Shown: positions 54,322 to 64,000 of the stretch, piece after piece
Layout: each line of letters opens with the position of its first letter
How positions within the stretch are numbered: the stretch's first letter is position 1
Source of the DNA: Ramazzottius varieornatus
Lineage: Eukaryota; Animalia; Tardigrada
Direction of reading: 5' to 3'
Length of the DNA: 64,000 bases
Assembly (NCBI GenBank): GCA_001949185.1
Contig: BDGG01000003.1
Coordinates: 2,049,663 to 2,113,662 of the forward strand
The notes under the pieces: model-generated
What the model was told of the DNA's origin: nothing
Seen by the model: the letters and a program-made list of their open reading frames with translations, nothing else
Database searches by the model: none
Position numbers and translations under genes: made by a program

Positions 54322-54923
54322 CGAGGAGCAAGACCCAACTTTTCTAACTCGCCAAACTGGTTACTACTTTTCTAACTAACGAATTTCTCAAAAACCATCA
54401 GGTCCTGAAATTCCAAATTAATTTACAAGTATCTTCCACAACCTTGCTTCATTCTGCGGCAGACAGAAGTTGGGAACATTGGAACATCGTGACGAGAGAA
54501 ATTCCAGAGTGGAAGCCATTTGAAGATGGCATCCGATATTAGGAAGCACTCTTTCTGCAGAGGGCAGAACAAGCCAAGCCAGATGAAGCACATATGTGTC
54601 GAACCGAGCAGAATGACACATTTCTGAAAGTGTGCTCAGGGTTAATGATGACGCAAAACAGCCGTTCTCATCCAAAATCGGAACGGCTACAACTTCGCTA
54701 ACTTCCGAGCGAAAACGCATTGCTTCGACAGATTTATCTGAATCTCTCGGTGGACTTGCCGATCAGTGAATCAAGGCCGAAACTGAACTGTGAATGCTAA
54801 CTGGCTAAAACTTTGCCAACTTCTGCTCAGCCGCCAACTGGTTGTAGTCTAGATTCGCAGCGCTACCTTCAGAATTTGGCTTAGCAAAGTAAGCTCGTTA
54901 GAAAAGTTGGGCCTCTCTCCTCG
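54322..54923. mobile_element. Mariner-like non-autonomous element (~600 bp)
   Basis: TA-CGAGGAGCAAGACCCAACTTTTCTAAC at the left end and GTTAGAAAAGTTGGGCCTCTCTCCTCG-TA at the right: ~27-bp TIRs with TA target site duplication. Confidence 0.75.
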
Positions 54924-55319
54924 TACTTATTTCTCGTTAATTTCAAATGATAAAAGTTTGATTGTGCGTCAAGCAGATCTCTTGCAGTTTAGAAATCTTC
55001 GATGATTTTGCAATATTCAAATGAAGAAAATTCAGCGATCAAAAAGTGTCAGTCGCAGCACCAGGCTTCCGAAAATTGCCTGCACTTGTGAATTTCACGG
55101 GAACCACCACAGACTTCAAATAGCCGGAGCTACAAGGACGTACTACGTAGAAGTACTTCAAGTAGTTTTCGCGAAAAGGAAGCCTTCATTTTGGAACAGT
55201 CTGAAAACACTCGAAAATTATGCAGACGGAAGTCCACTCAGCATCGCGCGACTCGGCGAATTAGTAGGCCAGCCCGGGAATTTTTCTGCGAATACCGGCA
55301 ATATCAGAAGCCCTTCTTT

Positions 55320-55337
55320 CCCCCCCCCCCCCCCCCC
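55320..55337. repeat. Poly-C homopolymer (18 nt)
   Basis: Read directly. Confidence 0.95.
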
Positions 55338-55435
55338 GATAACAAGCACCTTTGAACGCCAGCGCCTATTTCCCCATAAAAGCCGACAGTCGACTTCTAT
55401 TCCTACAGCAATCTTTTTCTTTTCTTCCCTTCATC

Positions 55436-56134
55436 ATGAACAGCCTAACTTTCTCGTGTTTCGCCCTGCTTATTGGCTGTGCTCTGGCGCAGACTGTCGT
55501 CCAAGGACCCGGCCGTCCATCACGCCTAGGAATAAGCAATGGAACCCAGCCAGGAAACTGGACCAACGGCATCATGAATGGCAGTCACCCTGGAGGACTT
55601 GGGAGTCCTTTACCTGTTTCCTCCTCATCGGAGGAACATCCCCCATGGGGGCCTAATGATGGTCTTCACGGTGGTCTTCACGGCGGTCTTCACGGTGGAC
55701 TAGGACTAGGTCATCACGGTGGACCAGGTTTCGGTGGACCAGGCTTTGGCGGACCAGGACCCCACGGATTCGGTGGACCACGCCCACATCACGGCGGAGA
55801 GATGGACGGTGCAGTCTCTCATGCTATAATGAGACAAATCCTGAGAGGGCAAGCAGTCAAGGTTAAGGTGGAGAAGGAATCAAAGATCACCTACGAGAAG
55901 GAATCCGACGAAAGTGGCAGTAGCAGCAGCAGCGAGGAACAAGGCCCACCGCACCACGGCCCTCACGGACCACCAAAACCAGTCATGGTGGGAGGCGTAA
56001 TTGGGCCAGGAAGCGCAGGAGGTGTTGTTGGTGGTCTAGGAGGTCCACTGCCTGGAACTAACACAGGAGTCGGCGCCTCCTCCAACCCAAACGGAATGGT
56101 ATTGGGAAAATGGGGATGGGAAAACCCAACCTGA
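55436..56134 (+). CDS. Secreted Gly/His/Pro-rich low-complexity protein (intronless)
   Basis: Signal peptide MNSLTFSCFALLIGCALA, GLHG x3, GGPGF repeats and SSSEE blocks. Confidence 0.8.
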   Translation: MNSLTFSCFALLIGCALAQTVVQGPGRPSRLGISNGTQPGNWTNGIMNGSHPGGLGSPLPVSSSSEEHPPWGPNDGLHGGLHGGLHGGLGLGHHGGPGFGGPGFGGPGPHGFGGPRPHHGGEMDGAVSHAIMRQILRGQAVKVKVEKESKITYEKESDESGSSSSSEEQGPPHHGPHGPPKPVMVGGVIGPGSAGGVVGGLGGPLPGTNTGVGASSNPNGMVLGKWGWENPT

Positions 56135-56508
56135 TGGGTGGATAAGCAAGCAAGGCCTAAGCTGTCGACACCTTCCAGCCGTTGAATTCGTTGATAACTG
56201 AGATTTTTCGATTTTTCTGCTGCCAGTTCCGAAAAAGAAACATTCTCCTTCAACGGATACTAATCCAGCAACGGTCGAGTTGATTTTCTTGATGAGTATT
56301 TGACTGTACGGATATGGATCAAAAATATTATAAAACTGTAACTTCCCATAGTAAGAAGGCTACGGATAAAATAGGCTACAAAATTGTACATGCGTCAAAA
56401 GTTTACAAAATACTGTCACAAACGGGAAGGCTGAAAAATGAGCAAGCGAGGAGGGCGAGCACTCGATGTTCTGACATCTTCAATCGAGAGACACACGAAA
56501 GACATCAA

Positions 56509-59500
56509 TTAGAGGTTGCGATCCGCCGACGGTTGTTGGTCACGATAGCGCATCCGTTCTCGATCACCATGCATTTGCAGGTGCATCCAGTCACGGCGCA
56601 TTCGGTATGCTCTCTGCAAACAGCAACCTTCGATACAATATTCACTACCATTTTCGCAAACAGTTCCTCGACACCTATCCTAAGCTATTGAAACTTACCG
56701 AAACCACTCGGCCAGATGGGAAGCGTGTCCTCCATGTCGACATGTCTGACACCAGGTGAACCACATTTCCAACGGGTTGATCTTCTTCGCCTTCTTGACC
56801 ACTGAAAACACATCAAGCATATGGTGTTAGCATGGTTCACCCGGTCGCTAGAACGACCAAAGACGATACTGACATTCTTCATCCATGTCTCCGCTGACAA
56901 AATTCATGTTGGTCGGCGTTCCCATGTTAACTTGACACAATGCACAACGAGGTAGTAACTTGCCACAACTTGAACAAACCGACACCTGTCAAAGACCACA
57001 CCACGTCAGTCCACAGTAGGTTCATTCGAGACTTGTGTACCTCACCTTAGGTATTTCGCCAACGTTGGGTGTCTTTCCCATGAACATCTTCTCGCCTCTT
57101 GCACTGGAAGACTGTCCACCCGCTGCATGGTTAATACTCTTTCCACAAAAGTTACAAGTCGCCACGATCTGCCTCGGTACTTTGGGTCCTCCACCTTTCA
57201 GCCGACTACTGAACACATCGAACATGGCTCGCCCTTCCCAGAACATCCAACTGTCCAACACTTCCCTGTAGTGATCTACCCACTGATGCGGCCTCGGGTC
57301 CTCCGACCATTCTTTCGTCGTGACCAACGCCGAGATCATGCTGGCTGTCTGGACATCTCCAGCACTATCCACAAAGTTTTGCACCAGATCGATACCTTCA
57401 ATCCCGAAACCCGTCAGAACCAATCCTTCCAGGATACCTTTCGTGGTGTAGTCCTCGGTCAGTTCTTTGACGAACTCTTGCAGACGGTTATCGTTCAGGA
57501 AGGTACAGGCAAATCCTATGCGATCTTCCAGAGCTAAGCTCGAGTCTGAGACTATTTTCTTCAACGTGCCTTCTGAACGATTAGCCAACAGTACCTGGAA
57601 GATTGCTTGTATGTATGGCGATGTGATTTCGGGAGTGATTGCTGTGTAAAAGTTACGCCAGAGGGAAGTCGGCTCTTCTGTGTAGCCTGACAATGTCACT
57701 GCGATGATGTTGTACGACTTCGCCAGTTCGGACTTCTTTGCGGCGGTTTGGAGAACTTCGACGGCTCGCTGGATGTCGAAGTGAAAGACACAGACTGCGG
57801 CCACTCGATCGTACTGCTCTTGAGAAAGAAAAGCTTCGACGGAAGCGTCTTTGTTCAAGCTCCAACCACATAAGCGCTGAACCTGGTCCCTACAAAAAAG
57901 ATATCTGACTTCGTTTTATCTTTCCATATTTTGTTTTATGTTGTTTTACTCTACTTTATCTTAACTTGTATCATTCTATTCATATAATCTCATTTGGGAC
58001 GTGCGTAAATGAACTGAGCCAGAGCTTTGTCCATAGTGGCGCACATTTCAATTGTTACTGGCTGCAAGTGTACGCCATTTGAGCACGGATCTGGTTCATT
58101 CCATTACGCACGTTAAAGACGAACTTCGCCGCGGAATGACGTCATTTGAGTGGATTTAACACGAGCTGAAATAACTATAAAAAAATGGAACACTATCAGG
58201 TGTGGAAGCATGACTTGTTACCCCTGGGAACACGTCAACTTCAGAAAATCATGGTTACGCTCCGCCTTGTTCTTTTGTCCTGAAGTCTTTTTTCTCTCAC
58301 TTTGCTAACTCCTGGCCATCGTTTGGCATTCTACTGTTCTGAGTTCCTCAGCTCAGCAGAAAGGCAGGAGTAGTTTTGTCTGAATCACGGAAAACCAAAA
58401 TTCTGGGTCATTGAACACTATGAATTTTTTCGAGGCGTCAACGCATCTTACACGGGCACGAAGATATGCTCCATGTTTTGGAGCAAAGCAGGTAAGCAGC
58501 ATGCCCTGGGAGGTTGGGTAATTCTCCTCCGCTCTGGAGATTTTTTGCTCGGAATTCACTTCTACGGAAGACCGAAACTGAATGTGGACAACAACGTGCT
58601 CGGGGAGTTTGTTGAATCCGATTCTTCCAGAATTGTTGTAAAACCCTTACGAGACTTCAAGGTATCTTATTAATTCCTCGCTGAACATTTAGACAAAACG
58701 GGAAGGCAATGAATTAGAGAATCATTCGAATCGAGGGCGGCACCAAAGGAAAATTGTGGCTACTGTCTGGTTACTAATTTAAAGTCTAGACCGCTATGAA
58801 ATCTTTCTGCCCGGCATAACGGTAGCCAGTGACTAGGCCTCTCTGGTACGAGAAAGAATGATGAGAAAAGTTACCGTTCACTAAACGAAATTTTTCAGTC
58901 GACTCAGAGCACCAACGTTGCAAGTCAACTCTAGAGTACACATTGAACAAAACACTTCCGCAAAACTGCAGAAGGCGGAACTGGAAACTCTCCTTCACAT
59001 GTCAGGAAGAGAAGACCTGGTACTAAAGGATTATCACCACGTCGAAAAATTAGAGTACCCCCAACGTCAGAAAACAATTTCCTCCAGAGAGGCTGCGAAA
59101 AATGGCTGCGGGGAGTTCATCTTTTTTCTTCCCCTATGCTCCTACAGTAAAGGCATGCATCCGCTGCCGAAAAACTGAGTGAAGTACCGTACTAGGATAA
59201 GTGGATAACCCGATCAAAAAATCCGAGGTTGGCAGTCAGGAAAATTTTTTGAAAATCTTCGTCGGGGAAGTAACAAGTCATGCTTCCGCATCTGATAACG
59301 TGAAATATGATGGAAAAACGTTTTTTCCACGTTGGTATTCCATTTTCCTACAGTTATTTCCGCTCAAATGACGTTACTTCGCGCCGGGATTTGTACTTTA
59401 GCGCCCGTCGCTTTTTTTCTCCGTACCGTTCATTGCTGGTGTACACCGGGACGCCTTCGTTTCCACCCCTTCCGGGCGGTGATCCGTTGCTCCAGTGTTC

Positions 59501-61378
59501 GTACTTGACCTCCGTTCTGGACTTGCCGGGCAAACCAGCCAAGATACTCTTGACTCCACGGAAGGTGATGCCATCTGACGAGTCCAGACCCTCGACGCTG
59601 CGGATCGCGTCCAACCAAGGCCATATCCTGGCTACTTCCGTGTCGCCTTCAAGCAGCGCCGCGTTGTCGGCAAGTGTATCCACGTGCATACCGTACCCGT
59701 TAACGGCTCGCCGCTTCATGCGGACCGAGATGTCTTCGTTTATCGCTTGGATGATGGGTTCAGGTGCGGAAGTGTCGGTGAAGCAGTGCATGTCGCGACC
59801 ACATGCCCACAACAGGTGATGCGTCTTTGACCAATTCTGTAGAAAGACGACAAATACGACGTCGCCAAATGAATTCAACATAACTCGCCATCACAGGTAG
59901 CGCACGCTTCCAGTATTTTCGGCCGAATATTTGCGCCGCTTGGGAAAACGATTTTCTTCAAGTCAATTGCCGACGTTTCAAATATTCTATCGAAGTTTCT
60001 ATCAGAAAGTAACTCGGCCAGCTAACCTTACCAGAGTCATTCGCTCCAGCACTTGAACGTCGTGAATGGTGTTCGAGAGAGTGCTGATCAGTACTCGGTT
60101 CTCGTGCTGAGGATGCCACGAAAAGGATGTCAGCGTCTGTTCTTCAGAGCCAACTGCAGAAACGGAAGCATGTAAGACTAAGTTTAGTTGCGATTGCATT
60201 TCATTGACACAAAGACTTACCGGTGAAGCACCGTTCGAGGATGACGGGCTCATGGTCATCTCGCGAGACATGGGCGTGCTGAACGTCGAAGAGCTTGAAC
60301 TCTGGCGTGTCCCGCAGAGTACCAGCTATCAAGCCATACCGGGTAGGACTCCACTCAATCTGCGTTATGACCTTCTGGACATTGTAATGAGCAATCTGCT
60401 TCTCGAAGTTGCGAACGTCCCACAGACTGAGCTGATTATCCCCGAAGGAAGCGATACGGTTCTCGCCGAACGGATCCACACATGCACCGTACACCGACTT
60501 GGTTAACGGTCCTCGAGGCTTTGAGGGATCTACAGTAGAACAAACTATCGTGTACACCGACAGTCAAGTTCCACTAGACATCTGTTCAGTAGACTTACCG
60601 CGCAAGTCAAAGAGGCGAAGGCCTTTTCCATGGAAGCCGGCCACCATAATCTTGGACGACTGCCGGAACCACGAACAGGAAACACAGGGATCGTTTCCAC
60701 CGAAGTCGAACAGAGCTCCATCAGTTCGAGCGCCATGTTGACCGTCTTCTCGTCCTTTCTCTGCATAATGGTCTGGCGATAGAAAGACATCGTACACCAG
60801 CAGAGATGAATCACTTCTGTGGCGATCAAGCCCGACCGCAATGAGGTTGGAATCGACGGCGTTCCACGAGACTGCATTGCAGTTTCGCGAATATCGAGGA
60901 CCAATCTCTTTGTTCACCAGGGAGCTATCAAAACCGGAAAAAAACCCATATGCTACACGGAACGCATTAGACAAACTCAGCTCGTGTACACTGACCGGAA
61001 GTTGTCGCGGTGCCCCGGAGAATCCGCAAACCCGACGATGGCTAACCTTCCGTTAGCTGATCCAGCGGCAACAAGCCGTCCGAACTCGTTGGTAGGACAC
61101 CAGTCGAGGCAACGCACATAAAAGGGAGTTCGGGTGACTATCACCGGAGAGCAGAACGTATGACGGGATAGCTCGATACCTGCATACGTCAAGTATTCAG
61201 GTAATTAACCACTAATGCCAATGGATATCGGGAGCCACGCGACCCACACAGACGGTCCGAACTTACTTTGAGCGTTATGGGGCCTCTCAGCGGAGCTTTC
61301 GACAGCATACAGAGTTAGAGTATCATGAAGAAGTCCGGCGAACAGATTGTTCTCGTACGGCGACCACGCAACCTGCAT
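56509..61378 (-). CDS. MIOS: GATOR2 subunit MIOS (WD40 + alpha-solenoid + C-terminal Zn fingers)
   Basis: Motifs CNAVSWN..LIAVGLDRHRSDSSLLVYD, DISVRMKRRA, LEGLVLTG, GDVQTA, YREVLDSWMFWEGRAMFD, CNFCGKSI, LPRCALC and CRHGGHASHLAEWF..ECAVTGCTCKC. Confidence 0.93.
58007..58104. repeat. Palindromic element family copy (MIOS intron)
   Basis: AATGAACTGAGCCAGA..TGGCGCAC-25nt-GTACGCCA..TCTGGTTCATT. Confidence 0.85.
58196..59295 (+). mobile_element. Decayed mariner transposon in a MIOS intron
   Basis: TIRs TA-TCAGGTGTGGAAGCATGACTTGTTAC / GTAACAAGTCATGCTTCCGCATCTGA-TA (Mos1-like TCAGGTGT start). Remnant C-terminal transposase peptide YSKGMHPLPKN; no intact ORF. Confidence 0.8.
59893..59953. repeat. 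Palindromic element family copy (MIOS intron)
   Basis: AGCGCAC-25nt-TTGCGCCGCTTGGGAAAACGATT. Confidence 0.7.
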
Positions 61379-62323
61379 GGCTGCTGTTTGAACCTTAAAT
61401 ACGGTATCCGTGACGTTAGAGATGGAACGTTCCGCATGCACGCAGACTCTCACGGCCAGAAGCGACTTAGCCAGCGAACGTTTACCGGCTGCGGCAGGTG
61501 AAACATGACAAGGTTTGTATCGGCAATGGGCTAGATTCCAAACGGTGAAGCTTCATACGCGGTGCCCAGTCGGCCAGTCTGCAATAAGCAAATAACCTAG
61601 TTAATGAGGGTCCTCCTGTCCTGTCATAGCTCAATTTTATCCGACAGTCAGGGACTTACGCATAGATGACTCATCCGGAATCTTCCCACGACAACTAGCT
61701 ATTCTGGACTTGCGGTAGTGGGGTTTGGAGGAGGTAGGCCTCGGAGATACTTCTCAGAAAGCTCAGGAAAGCATCGCTACTCCGACTACTCGTGAACCAG
61801 AATTCAACAGACGGGAAGTAAAACACTCAACAGCTTATGACTTTATGTTCGACCCAAAGTACATGGTGTCACTCGCCACGTTGAGTGAACAAATCAATTC
61901 ATCTGTCAATCAATCTCTGGCCGGCAGGCCAACCGCCGCTAACGTGTCCATATGAAACTGTCATCATCGCTTACCACGATTTGTTATTGTGAGAGAAAGT
62001 TTGGGGATTTGTCTTTCTGAAGTTTCCGCCACATTTTCCGACTTTTCTTCCAGACTCTGGATCTCCCATCCTTCTTCGGCGACTCTTCGCAGCGCAGCGT
62101 TGCTTTTACGGGTTTACCTAACCGGAGGCAACGTGGGAAGACTCTCAACATGCTGTATAGCCAAGATCGACTCGTGCTGACTTGGTTACTTGGTAAGCTC
62201 AACATTACTCGTTCGCGCTCGAGCTAATATCCCTTCTCTCAGTGAACGTATATCGGGTTCTGAGACTCTTAACTCAATTAGGCTGCTTTCCAGGATCATC
62301 AGGGTGCTGGTTCAGATAGTCAC

Positions 62324-64000
62324 ATGGCTAGATCGCAAAGAGCTGCAAGAAGTCCGTCAGTTATAGTGATATCATCGGACGACGAAGATTGCAGGCCAAA
62401 AAAAGCTTCCACTTCTCCTCAGAACAAGCCAATAAAGACTCCCTCCTCTCCATCCAAGTTTGCTGCAATCATGCAGAATAAGAGCAGGAATCGCTCAACC
62501 AGCTCGGAATCAGCGAAGAGCGATCCACCGCAGCGCAAGAAGCAAACTCCTATCAAGAAGGCTCAAAAACTCTCTACTATGAGGAGTGCAAGATCGGAAG
62601 TTGTCCAGCGCAATCGTCGCCCAGCCTCTCCAGTGAAGAGAAGTGAGATTGAGCCACAAAATGATCCTTCACCTTCATCATCAAACTCTTCGACAGGCGT
62701 TGGAAATCAACGTTCCAAACGACAACGCTTTCGGACTGATTCAGAGTCGGAGTCTTCTTCCCCTCCTCCTCGACGAAAGCCACGTCGTCGCTTCGATCGC
62801 GGTAGCTCCGACGAATCCGACTCAGAAGACGACTGGCCTGCTCCAAAAACCGTGGCGTAAGTGTTGAATTTCTGCTTGATATCAAAGACAAAGTTACTGG
62901 CCTTTCGACTATGTTAGTACGGTGTCAGTTGAGTTGGGCAAGATTTCCATTTCGGCCACCCCTGAATATGGCTGCTATGATGTCATTTGGCTATGAATGG
63001 TGACCGATTCACCCTTTCTGCCGCGTAATCTCGTTGCAGTTTTTTGATAATGCAAAATTGTTTGGGCGCATTGTATTACTTGTATCTGTTAACTAAATTG
63101 CTCGACATCCTGGGAATATTGTGCAACACTCTCATCCGTTTTGGGTTCTTTTTCTAGTGCAAAGGATCCACAACAGTCGGAGGGAAGACGTAAGCGAGGA
63201 CGACCGAAGAAAGTTACGATGAATCGGGGCCGATCGTCGGATTCCCAGTCGTCGTCTTCGCCCTCTCCGGCACCTTCTCTTCCTCGCACCAGGTACGAGC
63301 GAAAGACTCGACAGCCAAGTCAAGTTGACACTTCCCGTCCTACTCGTGGCGCAAAGCCCACCAGCCAGAGAACTCCACAGAAGATGCCAACGACGTCCGC
63401 TCGCATGAGTTCCGAAGGTACTTTCCGTCGCGAAGAACCACCAAAAGAAAGCAAAGCCCAGCCTGACGGAAAAAAGACACCTCCGCCTGTTTGTGTTCTT
63501 TGTGAACGTTCAGAAGATGACCGAGTGAGGTATTTTCGTATGGACAGCCAAGACGATCTGCATGCACATTACTTGTGCATGTTCACGGCCAGTAACCTTT
63601 CCCAGACGGAAGATGCAAGGGTGAAGAAGGCAGGAACCATATGTGGCTTCTTGTGCGCGAATGTACAGAAAGAGAAGCGACGTGCTAGGTAATGAATACA
63701 TCCACAGGGATATCGGCAGTCAGTTGCGTATGCTAACGTGGGTATTTGTCGCTGTGGTCATGTATGCAGGTGAATGTCGCCTCTGTTATGTATACGGTAG
63801 TTACATTGAGTTGCATGAACTTGCATACACGGATCCCATGTTCACATATGGCTTCATGTATGCACCTATCGTCTAAGGAGTATACGTTTTGTCCGCCGAT
63901 ATCTCCTGATGATTCGTTGTTCGATTCACAGTTTCCTGCTGGTATCGTTCGATTAACCTGAACTTCGTTTTGGTTTCAGCCGGTTACACTGTAAGTACTG
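62324..64000 (+). CDS. PHF7/G2E3-like extended PHD-finger protein with AT-hook (3' partial)
   Basis: S/R/K-rich disordered N-terminus, AT-hook KRGRPKK, and CVLC..HAHYLCMFTASNL..GFL..VQKEKRRA. Confidence 0.75.

Noticed and set aside
55021-55656. 211-aa ORF with poly-Pro
   Set aside because: The poly-Pro comes from the C18 tract, and the ORF overlaps the signal-peptide-bearing gene in another frame.

Overview
This is a gene-dense eukaryotic (animal) window with short GT-AG introns, mostly 50-100 nt, and one 50-N assembly gap. The compact architecture suggests a small-genome invertebrate; a tardigrade is my guess, not something the sequence proves. I can support about 22 spliced or intronless protein genes and one tRNA-Ala(TGC). 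In order the genes are: a SYCP1-like coiled coil, a Kir channel, two convergent secretin/adhesion-type GPCRs, CCDC40, an RIIa-domain protein, KARS, a TMEM121-like protein, NPRL2, a WRKY/FAR1-like domain + F-box/FIST gene, AIP, C1GALT1, BBS4, MOB4, a Dkk3-like protein, RECQL, AIMP1, an SPH-like intronless gene, a TLDc protein, a secreted Gly/His-rich protein, MIOS and a PHF7/G2E3-like protein. Non-genic structure includes a decayed mariner, several TA-flanked MITEs, and a ~75-100 bp palindromic element present ~15 times, 13 of them inside introns. The most notable observations are this intron-biased palindrome family, a probable transposase-DBD/FBXO22 fusion, a plant S-protein-homologue-like gene, a SYCP1-like protein, a Dickkopf gene, a hidden in-frame mitochondrial presequence on KARS, and an Arg next to the Kir selectivity filter. 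All family assignments come from recalled motifs, not from database searches.
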